DNA of 64,000 nucleotides from Pseudomonadota bacterium (GTDB lineage: Bacteria > Pseudomonadota > Gammaproteobacteria > Burkholderiales > Thiobacillaceae), in contig JAKADC010000007.1 in assembly GCA_021820845.1 (NCBI GenBank), positions 101,300 to 165,299 of the forward strand, in the 5' to 3' direction. Position 1 is the stretch's first letter. The number at the start of each line of letters is the position of its first letter. The translations under genes were made by a program, and so were the position numbers. Under the pieces are notes generated by a model. The model had not been told where the DNA came from, ran no database searches, and saw only the letters and a list, made by a program, of their open reading frames with translations. This document shows positions 11,493 to 21,553 of this stretch, in pieces.

Positions 11493-13385
11493 ATGCCGCT
11501 AGCCACGCCGCTCAAGAACCTGGATCGCGAGCTGGGCCGCTTTCACGGACGCATCAAGGCGGGCGCGGCGTTCGTCGCGCTGCTTGCCGTCGCGTTGCTC
11601 GGGCGCGGCTTTTACCTGCAGATCATGCAGAACGAGTACTACAACCAGCGCGCGGAAAACAATCGCATCTCGCTGGTGCCCGTCGCGCCCAACCGTGGCC
11701 TGATCCTGGACCGGAAAGGCCGCATTCTGGCGGAGAACTATTCCGCCTACACGCTCGAACTGGCGCGGGCGCAGCCGCGCGAACTGGAGGCCACGCTGGC
11801 CGAGGTGGGCAAGCTGATCAAGATCACGCCGGGCGAGCTGAGAAGCTTTCGGCGCCTGCTTGCCGAATCGCACGAGTTCGAGACCGTGCCGCTGAAAAGC
11901 AAGCTCACCGACGAGGAGGTGGCGATTCTGGCGGCCAATCATTACCGCCTGCCGGGCGTGGAGGTGAAGGCGCGCCTGTTCCGCAACTATCAGGCCGGGG
12001 CCGGCATGTCGCACGTGGTCGGGTTCATCGGCCGCATCAACGACCGCGATCTCAAGGCGCTGCGCGAATCCGGGCGCGAGCAGAACTACCGCGGCACGGT
12101 GCATATCGGCAAGACCGGCCTGGAACAGAGCTATGAAACGGTGCTGCACGGCCGCACCGGCTTCGACCAGATGGAAACGGACGCGAGCGGCCGCGCGGTG
12201 CGCGCGCTGTCGCGGATACCGCCGGTGCCGGGCAAGGATCTGCGCCTGTATCTCGACCGCGACCTGCAGGCGATCGCCGAACAGGCGTTCGGCGATTACA
12301 CGGGCGGGCTGGTGGCGCTCGATCCCAATACCGGCGGCGTGCTGGCATTGGTGAGCAAGCCCGGCTTCGACCCCAACCTGTTCATCGACGGCATCGACCC
12401 CGAAACGTGGAAGGCGCTCAACGACTCGCCCGAGCGGCCGATGGTGAACCGCGCGCTGCGCGGGCTCTATCCGCCGGGCTCGACGATCAAGCCCTTCATG
12501 GCACTGGCGGGGCTGGAACTGGGCGTGCGCAAGCCGACGGACCTCACGGTCGATCCCGGGTATTTCAGCCTGCCCAACAGCACGCACCAGTTTCGCGACT
12601 GGAAGCACGGCGGCCACGGGCTCGTCGACATGCGGCGGGCGATCGCGCAGTCGTGCGATACCTATTTCTACAAGCTCGCGTTCGACATGGGGATCGACCG
12701 CATGCACGATTACCTGGCGAAGTTCGGTTTCGGCGAAAAGACCGGCATCGACCTGGATGGCGAATCGCCGGGCCTGCTGCCTTCGCGCGAGTGGAAGCAG
12801 CGTCGCTGGAAGAAGGAGTGGTATCCCGGCGAAACGGTGATCGCGGGCATCGGCCAGGGCTACCATCTGGCGACGCCGCTGCAGCTGGCGACGGCGGTGG
12901 CCATGATCGCCAACGGCGGCAAGCGGATCGAGCCGCGCCTGGTCCAGGCGATGCGGGATCCGTTCACCCACGCCTGGCAGCCGCAGCCGGTCGCGGTGCG
13001 CGGGCAACTGGCGATCAAGCCCGAAGACCTCGCGGTGATCCGGCAGGGCATGATCGACACGATGCGGCCCGGCGGCACGGCCGCGGCGGCCGCGGCCGGC
13101 GCACCCTACACGATCGCCGGCAAGACCGGCACTGCCCAGGTGGTCGGCATCAAGCAGGGCGCCCGCTACGACGCCGCCACCCTGTCGCGGAAAAATCGCG
13201 ACCATGCCCTGTTCATCGCCTACGCCCCGGCCGAAAATCCGACCATCGCGGTCGCCGTGCTGGTCGAAAACGGCGGACACGGCGGCTCCGCCGCGGCGCC
13301 GATCGCGCGCGCGGTGTTCGATTACTACCTGACCGGGAAGCGTCCCGGCAAGATCCAGCCGGAGGGGAGCGATGCCTCGGATTAG
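11493..13385 (+). CDS. mrdA: Penicillin-binding protein 2
   Basis: YPPGSTIK (SxxK), QSCDTYFY (SxD), AGKTGTAQ (KTG). Confidence 0.96.
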   Translation: MPLATPLKNLDRELGRFHGRIKAGAAFVALLAVALLGRGFYLQIMQNEYYNQRAENNRISLVPVAPNRGLILDRKGRILAENYSAYTLELARAQPRELEATLAEVGKLIKITPGELRSFRRLLAESHEFETVPLKSKLTDEEVAILAANHYRLPGVEVKARLFRNYQAGAGMSHVVGFIGRINDRDLKALRESGREQNYRGTVHIGKTGLEQSYETVLHGRTGFDQMETDASGRAVRALSRIPPVPGKDLRLYLDRDLQAIAEQAFGDYTGGLVALDPNTGGVLALVSKPGFDPNLFIDGIDPETWKALNDSPERPMVNRALRGLYPPGSTIKPFMALAGLELGVRKPTDLTVDPGYFSLPNSTHQFRDWKHGGHGLVDMRRAIAQSCDTYFYKLAFDMGIDRMHDYLAKFGFGEKTGIDLDGESPGLLPSREWKQRRWKKEWYPGETVIAGIGQGYHLATPLQLATAVAMIANGGKRIEPRLVQAMRDPFTHAWQPQPVAVRGQLAIKPEDLAVIRQGMIDTMRPGGTAAAAAAGAPYTIAGKTGTAQVVGIKQGARYDAATLSRKNRDHALFIAYAPAENPTIAVAVLVENGGHGGSAAAPIARAVFDYYLTGKRPGKIQPEGSDASD

Positions 13386-14469
13386 CCATTGGGCACTGAG
13401 CGGCCTGCGTCACGTGGACGGCATCCTGCTGACGCTGGTGCTGCTGATGCTGGGCATCAGCCTGGCGGTCGTGACGAGCGCGTCGGGGGAAAGCCCGGCC
13501 CGCATCAGCGGCCATCTCGTCAACATGGGGCTGGCGCTGCTCGTGATGGTGATGATCGCCAACGTGCCGCCGCATCTGCTGTCGAAGGCGGGGCCGCCGC
13601 TGTACGTGGCGGGCGTGGTGCTTCTCGTCGGCGTCGCGCTGTTCGGCGAAGTCCGCAACGGCGCGCGGCGCTGGCTCAACCTCGGCTTCGCGTTCCAGCC
13701 GTCCGAACTTCTGAAGCTGGCCCTGCCGCTGATGCTGGCCTGGTATTTCCATCGCAACGAGGCGGTGCTGCGCGCCAAGCACTACCTGGTAGGCGGCGTC
13801 CTGTTGCTGGTGCCCTTCCTGCTCATCCTGCGCCAGCCCGACCTCGGCACCGCGCTCATGCTCGGCGCGTCCGGGTTTTACCTGCTGTTCTTCGCCGGCC
13901 TGCCGTGGAAGGTGATTGTCGGCGGCGCCGCGCTCGGCGCGGCCAGCCTGCCGGTCGTCTGGGGGTTCATGCACGATTACCAGCAGCGCCGCGTGTTGAT
14001 GCTGCTCGACCCCTCGTCCGACCCGCTCGGCGCCGGCTACCACATCATCCAGTCGACCATCGCCATCGGTTCCGGCGGCCTGTTCGGCAAGGGCTGGATG
14101 CAGGGCACGCAGAACCAGCTCGACTTCATCCCCGAGCGCACGACCGACTTCATCTACGCGGTGTTCGGCGAGGAATTCGGGTATGCCGGCGCGATCCTTC
14201 TGGTCGGCCTGTATCTGGCCATCGTCGCGCGCGGCCTCACCATCGCCGCGCGCGCGCCGACGCTGTTCGGCCGGCTGATGGCGGCCACGCTCAGCCTCAA
14301 TCTGTTCACCTATGTATTCGTCAACATGGGCATGGTGTCGGGCATCCTGCCGGTCGTCGGCGTGCCCTTGCCCTTGATGAGCTACGGCGGGACCGCGCTC
14401 GTCACGCTGTTGCTGGGCGTGGGCATCATGATGAGCGTGGCGACGCACCGTCAACTCAACAAATCATGA
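13372..14469 (+). CDS. rodA: SEDS glycosyltransferase RodA
   Basis: GARRWL, FQPSELLK, QPDLGT, FIPERTTDFI, PLMSYGGT. Confidence 0.96.
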   Translation: MPRISHWALSGLRHVDGILLTLVLLMLGISLAVVTSASGESPARISGHLVNMGLALLVMVMIANVPPHLLSKAGPPLYVAGVVLLVGVALFGEVRNGARRWLNLGFAFQPSELLKLALPLMLAWYFHRNEAVLRAKHYLVGGVLLLVPFLLILRQPDLGTALMLGASGFYLLFFAGLPWKVIVGGAALGAASLPVVWGFMHDYQQRRVLMLLDPSSDPLGAGYHIIQSTIAIGSGGLFGKGWMQGTQNQLDFIPERTTDFIYAVFGEEFGYAGAILLVGLYLAIVARGLTIAARAPTLFGRLMAATLSLNLFTYVFVNMGMVSGILPVVGVPLPLMSYGGTALVTLLLGVGIMMSVATHRQLNKS

Positions 14470-14481
14470 CGGGGTAAAATC

Positions 14482-15375
14482 ATGGGCATGAAGACACTAT
14501 CGCTCCTGGGCGTCGCGGCCCTCGCACTGGCCCTCGGCGGCTGTGCCAGCACGCCGCCCGAAAAACAGGCGCCGCAGGCCCCGCAGGCCCCGCAGGCCCC
14601 GCAGGCCCCGCAGGCGTCGAACGCTCCCCGCGGCGGCGGCTATTACCTGGACGACGGCCCCGAGGCGAACCCGCCCGGGAACCTGGACGCCGTTCCCGAC
14701 GCCGTGCCGCGCAGGGAGCCGTTGAACGCCACAGCCAACCGCACCTACGTCGCGCTGGGCACCACCTACACGCCGCAGACCACGCTGCGTCACTACAGCA
14801 AGGTGGGACTGGCCTCGTGGTACGGCCGCCGCTTCCAGGGCAAGAAGACCTCGTCGGGCGAGCGCTACGACATGTACGCCATGACGGCGGCGCATCCGAC
14901 CCTGCCCATCCCGAGCTACGCCCGGGTCACCTCGCTCGAGACCGGCAAGTCGGTGGTGGTTCGCATCAACGATCGCGGACCGTTCCACAGCAAGCGCATC
15001 ATCGATCTCTCGTACACCGCCGCCCACAAGCTTGGCTACCTGAAGAAGGGCAGCGCGCGGGTCCGGGTGGAAAGCATCGATCCCGACGCCGACGTCGCAC
15101 AGGTCGAGGCGCCGCAGGACGCGCAGGCCAAGGCGCCGCAGAACGGGATCTACCTGCAGGTCGGCGCGTTTTCCCGCGCCGACAACGCCCGCCAGTTGCG
15201 CGACCGGCTGCAGCGCAGCCTCGGCATCGACGCCGGCCAGGCGAGCGTGATCGTCGACGGCCGCCTGCACCGGGTTCAACTCGGCCCGTACGCCAGCGAC
15301 GACGCGGCGCAGTCGGCCCGGGAGCGGGTGCGGGAACGCCTGGACCTGAATGCAGTCCTCGTCAGACGCGATTGA
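14482..15375 (+). CDS. rlpA: Septal ring lytic transglycosylase lipoprotein RlpA
   Basis: Lipobox LGGC, GLASWYG, MTAAHPTLP, VRINDRGPF, C-terminal SPOR domain (IYLQVGAF). Confidence 0.95.
   Translation: MGMKTLSLLGVAALALALGGCASTPPEKQAPQAPQAPQAPQAPQASNAPRGGGYYLDDGPEANPPGNLDAVPDAVPRREPLNATANRTYVALGTTYTPQTTLRHYSKVGLASWYGRRFQGKKTSSGERYDMYAMTAAHPTLPIPSYARVTSLETGKSVVVRINDRGPFHSKRIIDLSYTAAHKLGYLKKGSARVRVESIDPDADVAQVEAPQDAQAKAPQNGIYLQVGAFSRADNARQLRDRLQRSLGIDAGQASVIVDGRLHRVQLGPYASDDAAQSARERVRERLDLNAVLVRRD
14572..14616 (+). repeat. 9-bp tandem repeat (CCGCAGGCC) x4 + 1 imperfect copy, encoding (PQA)n in the RlpA linker
   Basis: Read directly from the sequence. Confidence 0.9.
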
Positions 15376-15389
15376 TCGAAAGGACGAGC

Positions 15390-16505
15390 ATGAAAATCTT
15401 CTGGCTGGCGCTCACGCTCCTGTTTTCCGCGGCGGCGTGGGCGGCCCCGCCCGTCGCCTCGTCGCGCGCCTGGATCGTGATCGATGCGGCGAGCGGGCGC
15501 GACCTGGCATCCCAGCAGGCCGACCTGCCGCTGGCGCCCGGCTCGCTGACGCAGATGATGACCGCCTACGTCCTGCTCGGCGACATCCGCAGCGGCAAGT
15601 TGCGTCTGGACCAAACCGTCACCGTGCCGCAAGCCGCGGCCGTCGCCGACGGCGCGCGCATATTCCTCAAGCCCGGCGAGAAGGTCAGCATCGACGTCCT
15701 CCTGCGCGGCATGCTGGTGGAATCGGCGAGCGACGCGACGCTCACGCTCGTGACCGCGGCCGACGGCAGCGAGGCGGCATTCGTCGAGCGCATGAACCGC
15801 GAGGCGAGGCGGCTGGGCATGACGAAAACCCGTTTCGTCAACGCGACCGGCCTCGCCGCGCCCGGTCATCAGTCGAGCGTGCGCGACCTTGCCCTGCTCG
15901 CGCGCGCACTGCTCCGCGATTTTCCGGGCCAGTCGGCATTCTTCGGCCAGAAGGAGCTGGCGTTCCAGGGCGTCACGTATTACAACGGCAACCGCCTGCT
16001 GTGGCGCGACGATACCGTGACCGGCGTGAAGGCCGGACGGACGCCGCAGGCGGGCTACTGCCTGGCGGCGTCGGCGCAGCGCGGCGACCAGCGCCGCATC
16101 GCGGTCGTGCTGGATGCGCGGTCGGATGCGCAGCGCACGCAGGATGCGCTGAAGCTCCTGAACTACGCTTTCGAGACCTTCGACAGCATCCCGCTCTATC
16201 GCGCGGGCCAGACCATCAAGATCGTCAACGTTTACCGCGGCGAGCGCGCGCTGCTGCGGATCGGGTTCGCGCAGGATTTCCATGCGGTCGTGCCCCGCGG
16301 GGCCGCGTCGCGCATGAAGGCGGAGCTCGTCACCCGGCAGCCCATCGTGGCGCCGGTGCGCAAGGGGGAACAGGTCGGCAGCCTGCGGCTCACGCTCGAC
16401 GGCCAGCCGCTCGGCGACTATCCGCTGGTCGCGCTGCACGACGTCGGCGTGGCCGGCATCCTCGGACGCGGCTGGGATTCGCTGCGGCTGTTTTTCGCGA
16501 AATGA
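15390..16505 (+). CDS. D-alanyl-D-alanine carboxypeptidase (PBP5/6, peptidase S11) homologue with degenerate catalytic motifs
   Basis: Syntenic dacA position, S11 fold-like sequence and PBP5_C-like tail, but the motifs read SLTQ, SAS and KAG. Confidence 0.85.
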   Translation: MKIFWLALTLLFSAAAWAAPPVASSRAWIVIDAASGRDLASQQADLPLAPGSLTQMMTAYVLLGDIRSGKLRLDQTVTVPQAAAVADGARIFLKPGEKVSIDVLLRGMLVESASDATLTLVTAADGSEAAFVERMNREARRLGMTKTRFVNATGLAAPGHQSSVRDLALLARALLRDFPGQSAFFGQKELAFQGVTYYNGNRLLWRDDTVTGVKAGRTPQAGYCLAASAQRGDQRRIAVVLDARSDAQRTQDALKLLNYAFETFDSIPLYRAGQTIKIVNVYRGERALLRIGFAQDFHAVVPRGAASRMKAELVTRQPIVAPVRKGEQVGSLRLTLDGQPLGDYPLVALHDVGVAGILGRGWDSLRLFFAK

Positions 16506-17365
16506 GCGTCTATCTCAACGGCCGCTTCCTGCCGCTCGGCGAGGCGAAGGTGTCGGTGCTCGACCGCGGCTTTCTCTTCGGCGACGGCGTCTACGAGGTG
16601 GTGCCGGTGTATTCGAACAAGCCGTTCCGCCTCGACGATCACCTGCGCCGATTGCAGCGCAGCCTCGACGGCATCCGGCTGGCCAACCCGCACACCATCG
16701 CCGAATGGCGCGAGCGCATCCTGCAGCTGATCGCGCTGCAGGACTTCGCCGACCAGTCGGTCTACGTGCAGGTGACGCGCGGCACGCCGGGCGAGGGGCA
16801 GCCGCCGCGTGACCACGTGTTTCCGCAAGCCACGCCGCCGACGGTATTCCTGTTCGCGCAGCCGCTCGTGACCGCCACCCCGGCGCAGAAGGCGGCGGGC
16901 GTGTGCGCCGTCAGCGCGGTCGACAATCGCTGGCTGCGCGGCGACATCAAGGCGATCTCGCTGCTCGCCAACGTCCTGCTGCGGCAGCGGGCGATCGACG
17001 CGGACTGCGCCGAAACCGTGATGCTGCGGGACGGCTTCCTCACCGAGGGCTCGGCAAGCAATATTTTCGTGGTGAAGGACGGCGTGCTGCGGACGCCGCC
17101 GGCGTCCAACCTGATGCTCACCGGCATCACCCACGACGTGGTGCTCGAACTCGCCGCCGCCCACGGCATCCCGCACGAGGTGCGCGCGATTCCCGAGGCC
17201 GAGGTGCGCGCGGCCGACGAACTGTGGATGACCTCGTCGACGCGGGAAATCCTGGCGATCGTGAAGCTCGACGGCGTGCCTGTCGGCGCCGGCGCGCCGG
17301 GACCGCTGGCGCGTCGCATGGATGCGCTGTACCAGACCTTCAAGCAGGAGGTGATGCGGGCATGA
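16502..17365 (+). CDS. dat: D-amino acid aminotransferase (class IV PLP)
   Basis: [38 protein letters not shown]. Confidence 0.88.
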   Translation: MSVYLNGRFLPLGEAKVSVLDRGFLFGDGVYEVVPVYSNKPFRLDDHLRRLQRSLDGIRLANPHTIAEWRERILQLIALQDFADQSVYVQVTRGTPGEGQPPRDHVFPQATPPTVFLFAQPLVTATPAQKAAGVCAVSAVDNRWLRGDIKAISLLANVLLRQRAIDADCAETVMLRDGFLTEGSASNIFVVKDGVLRTPPASNLMLTGITHDVVLELAAAHGIPHEVRAIPEAEVRAADELWMTSSTREILAIVKLDGVPVGAGAPGPLARRMDALYQTFKQEVMRA

Positions 17366-17628
17366 GCCAGGAGGACACGCTGCTCGAGTTCCCCGCCGAC
17401 TTCCCGATCAAGATCATGGGCGAGCGGCGCGAGGGCTTCGCGCAAGCCATGGTCGAACTGGTCCTGCGCCACGCGCCGGATTTCAAGGCCGAAACCGTCG
17501 AAATGCGCGCGTCGCGCAGCGGCAACTACCTGTCGGTGACGTGCGTGGTGCGCGCCACCTCGAAAGCGCAGCTCGACGCGCTGTACCGCGAGATCACGTC
17601 CCACCCGTGGGTGAAGATGGCATTGTGA
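17362..17628 (+). CDS. ybeD: YbeD / DUF493 family protein
   Basis: [24 protein letters not shown]; upstream of lipB. Confidence 0.9.
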   Translation: MSQEDTLLEFPADFPIKIMGERREGFAQAMVELVLRHAPDFKAETVEMRASRSGNYLSVTCVVRATSKAQLDALYREITSHPWVKMAL

Positions 17629-18263
17629 ACGCCGGGCGCGAAGGCGAACGCGGGGAGCGGGCGGTCGTGCGCCGCCTCGGACGGGTCGAGTACGAGCCGA
17701 CGTGGCGGGCGATGCGGGATTTCACCGCGCGGCGCACGCCGGCGACGCCGGACGAATTGTGGCTCGTCGAGCATCCGCCCGTTTACACCCAGGGACAGGC
17801 CGGCAAGCCCGAGCATCTCATCGCATCCACCGACATCCCCGTCGTGCAGATCGACCGCGGCGGCCAGATCACCTATCACGGCCCGGGGCAGGCGGTCGTC
17901 TACGTCCTGGTCGACCTGCGCCGCCGCGGCTATGGCATCCGCGAACTCGTGACGCGCATGGAACAGGCGGTGATCGACCTTCTCGCGGTCCACGGCGTCG
18001 CTGCCGAACGGCTGGCCGGCGCGCCGGGCGTGTACGTCGGCGGCGCCAAGATCGCCGCGCTGGGGCTGCGCGTCAGGCACGGCTGCACCTATCACGGGCT
18101 GGCATTCAACGTCGACATGGACCTGGCGCCGTTCGCCGCCATCAACCCCTGCGGCTACGCCGGACTGCCGGTGACGCAATGCCGCGACCTCGGGATTTCG
18201 TTGCGGTTCGCGGACGCCGGCCCGGCCCTGGCGGATGCGCTGCTCGACCGCATCTATTCTTGA
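17625..18263 (+). CDS. lipB: Lipoyl(octanoyl) transferase
   Basis: [43 protein letters not shown]; GTG start overlaps the ybeD stop. Confidence 0.96.
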   Translation: MNAGREGERGERAVVRRLGRVEYEPTWRAMRDFTARRTPATPDELWLVEHPPVYTQGQAGKPEHLIASTDIPVVQIDRGGQITYHGPGQAVVYVLVDLRRRGYGIRELVTRMEQAVIDLLAVHGVAAERLAGAPGVYVGGAKIAALGLRVRHGCTYHGLAFNVDMDLAPFAAINPCGYAGLPVTQCRDLGISLRFADAGPALADALLDRIYS

Positions 18264-18289
18264 CCCCTTCAGTCAAGCATTAGTATTCT
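18256..18289 (+). promoter_or_regulatory. IscR type-1-like dyad overlapping a sigma70 promoter (TTGACC-18-TATTCT)
   Basis: ATTCTTGACCCCTTCAGTCAAGCAT (18256-18280) versus the IscR type-1 consensus ATASYYGACTRwwwYAGTCRRSTAT: the central YYGAC-N7-GTCRR is intact. Confidence 0.65.
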
Positions 18290-18312
18290 TGTAACTTCTG
18301 ATGGAGTTACCC

Positions 18313-19428
18313 ATGCGCATCGACACCCTTCCGTCCGACCCCAAGCTGCTCATGCGCTCGATCATCCAGCGCATCGCCACCGGCCCGGACCTGTCCAAGA
18401 ACATCAGCCGCGCTGAAGCGCGTCTCGCCACCAAGGCCGTCATCGACAACCTGATCGACCCGGTGCAGGTCGGCATCTATTTCATCGCCCTGCGCATGAA
18501 GCGCGAAACGATGGACGAAAACCGCGGCGTGCTGGACGCGGTGCTCGAAACGACGCGCCGCGTCACGGCCGACGTGGACGAGGTGGTCGACATCGGCGAT
18601 CCCTACGGCGGCTACAACCGCTGTCTGCCCGCCGCACCCTTCCTCGGGCCGCTGCTGGCGGAGTTCGGGCTGCACGTGGTCAGCCACGGCCTCGACGCCG
18701 TCGCCCCGAAATACGGCGTGACCGCGCGCCACGTGCTCGAAGCCGCCGGCGTGCCGGTCGACCTCAAGCCGGAAGAGGCCGCGGCGCGGCTGGCCGATCC
18801 GTCGCTCGGCTGGACCTATCTCGATCAGGCGCAATCCAACCCCGGCCTGCACAACCTGGCCGCGCTGCGCGGAAAGATGGTCAAGCGGCAGACGCTGACC
18901 ACGGTGGAGGTGCTGTCGAGGCCGGTCGCCGGCAGAAAACGGACGCATTTCGTCACCGGCTTCGTCCACAAGCCCTATCCGCCCGTGTACGCCGAGCTTG
19001 CGCGCGAAGCGGGCTTCGATACCGCCTGCATCGTGCGCGGCGTCGAGGGCGGCGTGATCCCCTCGCTGCGCCAGACCGGCAAGTATTTTCATTACCACGA
19101 CCGCGGCGCCGAGACCGAGGCGGACATCGATCCGATGGCGCTCGGCATCGACCAGCCGATGCGTGCCGTGCCGCTGCCCGGCGCGGTCGCCGCCGAGGCG
19201 GGCGAAGACGAGATCGTCGCCGCCATCGACGTCAAGGCAGCCGCCCATGCCGCGGCCGAGGCGGGCATCCTCGCGCTCAAAGGCGACAAGGGTGCGACCT
19301 ACGATTCGCTGGTGCTGGGCGGCGCGATCATCCTGCACCATGTCGGCAAGGCGGCAAGCGTGGCCGACGCCGCAGCGCAGATTCGTGCCGTGCTGGATTC
19401 CGGCACGGCCGTCGCCAGGGTCAGGTGA
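18313..19428 (+). CDS. Glycosyltransferase family 3 / TrpD-like (YbiB/TrpD2-type) protein
   Basis: IALRMKRET N-terminal helical domain, GVEG, GFVHKPY. The TrpD GTGGD motif is replaced by GDPYGG. SD GGAG at 18303. Confidence 0.75.
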   Translation: MRIDTLPSDPKLLMRSIIQRIATGPDLSKNISRAEARLATKAVIDNLIDPVQVGIYFIALRMKRETMDENRGVLDAVLETTRRVTADVDEVVDIGDPYGGYNRCLPAAPFLGPLLAEFGLHVVSHGLDAVAPKYGVTARHVLEAAGVPVDLKPEEAAARLADPSLGWTYLDQAQSNPGLHNLAALRGKMVKRQTLTTVEVLSRPVAGRKRTHFVTGFVHKPYPPVYAELAREAGFDTACIVRGVEGGVIPSLRQTGKYFHYHDRGAETEADIDPMALGIDQPMRAVPLPGAVAAEAGEDEIVAAIDVKAAAHAAAEAGILALKGDKGATYDSLVLGGAIILHHVGKAASVADAAAQIRAVLDSGTAVARVR

Positions 19429-19736
19429 TGAGCGAATACGTCGCCGTCGCCGCCGCCGACGAACTCAAGCCGGCCGAGATGAAGCGCGTCGTCGTCGGCG
19501 GCAAGCGCCTGTTGCTGTGCAACTCGAACGGCACGCATTACGTCGTCGACGAGATGTGCAGCCACGAGGATTCGTCGCTGTATCTGGGATGCATCAAGGA
19601 CGGCAGGATCAAGTGCTCGCTGCACGGCAGCTACTTCGATCTCGCCACCGGGCAGCCCACCTGCGAGCCCGCCGAGGAGCCGATCCGGACTTATCCGGTG
19701 AAGGTCGAAGCCGGGCGGATCTGGGTCAAGGCCTGA
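19428..19736 (+). CDS. Rieske [2Fe-2S] ferredoxin
   Basis: CSH...CSLH Rieske ligands; TGATG overlap with the upstream gene. Confidence 0.92.
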   Translation: MSEYVAVAAADELKPAEMKRVVVGGKRLLLCNSNGTHYVVDEMCSHEDSSLYLGCIKDGRIKCSLHGSYFDLATGQPTCEPAEEPIRTYPVKVEAGRIWVKA

Positions 19737-19836
19737 CCCGGTCGTCGTTCCCTCCCCGGGACGAGCCTGCGCCCGGCGCCGCGAGTCGCCGGACGCATGG
19801 GCTAAAATCCCGTTTCGATATCCTTGCGAGTCCGTC

Positions 19837-20763
19837 ATGGCAGACCCCCTCCAGCACAAAGGCGCCGCGAAAACCGCGCGCATCCCGATCAAGATCGTGC
19901 AACAGCCGCGCATGCGCCTGCCGTCGTGGATCCGCGCCAAGTCGCCCAACGTGCCGAACGTCGCACGGCTGAAGGGCATCCTGCGCGAGGCGAAGCTGCA
20001 TACGGTGTGCGAGGAAGCGTCGTGCCCCAACCTGGGTGAATGCTTCGGCCACGGCACTGCGACCTTCATGGTCCTCGGCGACCTCTGCACGCGGCGCTGC
20101 CCGTTCTGCGACGTCGGCCACGGCACGCCGCTGCCGCCCGATACCGACGAGCCGCGCCATCTCGCCGAGACGATCGCGGTGATGGCGCTGAAATACGTGG
20201 TGATCACGAGCGTCGATCGCGACGACCTGCGCGACGGCGGCGCCGGGCATTTTGCGCAGTGCATCGCGGCGGTGCGCGAGGCCTCGCCGGCCACCCGCAT
20301 CGAGATCCTCGCGCCGGATTTCCGCGGCCGCCTCGACAAGGCGCTCGACGCGCTCGACGCCGCGCCGCCCGACGTGATGAACCACAACCTGGAAACCGTG
20401 CCGCGCCTGTACAAGGCGGCGCGTCCGGGCGCGGATTACGCGCATTCGCTGAAGCTCCTCAAGGACTTCAAGGCGCGCCACCCCGGCATTCCGACCAAAT
20501 CCGGCCTGATGCTGGGGCTCGGAGAGGAGGACGACGAGATTCTCGAGGTGATGCGCGACCTGCGCGCGCACGACGTCGACATGCTGACGCTCGGCCAGTA
20601 CCTGCAGCCCTCGCAGCACCACCTGCCGGTGCTGCGCTTCGTGACGCCCGAACGCTTCGCCCGGTTCGAAGAGGAGGCGCTCGCAATGGGCTTCAGGCAC
20701 GCCGCCTGCGGGCCGATGGTGCGATCGAGCTATCACGCCGACCGCCAGGCGGCCGGCATCTGA
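19837..20763 (+). CDS. lipA: Lipoyl synthase
   Basis: [12 protein letters not shown] (auxiliary cluster), CTRRCPFC (radical SAM), RSSY. Confidence 0.98.
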   Translation: MADPLQHKGAAKTARIPIKIVQQPRMRLPSWIRAKSPNVPNVARLKGILREAKLHTVCEEASCPNLGECFGHGTATFMVLGDLCTRRCPFCDVGHGTPLPPDTDEPRHLAETIAVMALKYVVITSVDRDDLRDGGAGHFAQCIAAVREASPATRIEILAPDFRGRLDKALDALDAAPPDVMNHNLETVPRLYKAARPGADYAHSLKLLKDFKARHPGIPTKSGLMLGLGEEDDEILEVMRDLRAHDVDMLTLGQYLQPSQHHLPVLRFVTPERFARFEEEALAMGFRHAACGPMVRSSYHADRQAAGI

Positions 20764-21549
20764 TCATTTCAGCAGCCGCCGCCGGGTCAGCGCCAGCGCG
20801 ACGACATAGCCGAGGCTGCCGTAGATCAGCAGCGCCGCGACGTGGGGGACGATGTCGTCGGGCACGCGGCCGACGACCAGGGGACGCGCCAGATCGATGG
20901 CGTGGGTGAGCGGCAGCCAGGAGGAGACGCCCTGCACCGCGGCAGGAAGCTGCGAGACGGGGAAGAACACGCCGCACAGCAGCACCATGGGCGTGATCAC
21001 CAGCGTGAAGTAATAGAGAAAGAAGTCGTAGCTGGGCGACACCGCGTTCATCACCAGCCCCAGCCCGCCGAAACAGAAACCGACCAGCGCGACGACCGGG
21101 ACGATCCACAGCGTCATCCAGAAATCGCCGTACAGGCCGAGCCCCCAGATCACCGCGAGGATCGCCAGCCCGGACAGCAGACTCTTGGACGCCGCCCAGG
21201 TCAGCTCGCCGAGCATGACGTCGTCTAGCGTGAGCGGCGCGTTGAGGATTGCGTCCCAGGTGCGCTGCACGTGCATGCGCGAAAAGCTCGAATAGAGCAC
21301 CTCGAAGGTGGCGGCGTTCATCGTGCTGTAGGCCACCGTGCCTGCCGCGAGGAAGGTCAGGTAGGGCATGCCGCCCACATCCGGCAGCAGGCTGCCGAGG
21401 CCGTAGCCCAGTCCCAGCATGTAGAGCATGGGGTCGGCGAGGTTGCCGAGAATGGACGGAATCGCGAGCTTCTTCCACACGAGGTAGTTGCGCTGCCACA
21501 CCGGGACGAAGCGCCACGACAGAAGCGGAAACCGGAAAAAATGGCGCAT
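20764..21549 (-). CDS. ABC-2 permease, NodJ-like
   Basis: Six hydrophobic segments, TWDAILNAP, LFFPVSQLP-type motifs. Confidence 0.85.
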   Translation of the reverse strand: MRHFFRFPLLSWRFVPVWQRNYLVWKKLAIPSILGNLADPMLYMLGLGYGLGSLLPDVGGMPYLTFLAAGTVAYSTMNAATFEVLYSSFSRMHVQRTWDAILNAPLTLDDVMLGELTWAASKSLLSGLAILAVIWGLGLYGDFWMTLWIVPVVALVGFCFGGLGLVMNAVSPSYDFFLYYFTLVITPMVLLCGVFFPVSQLPAAVQGVSSWLPLTHAIDLARPLVVGRVPDDIVPHVAALLIYGSLGYVVALALTRRRLLK

Positions 21550-21553
21550 GGCT

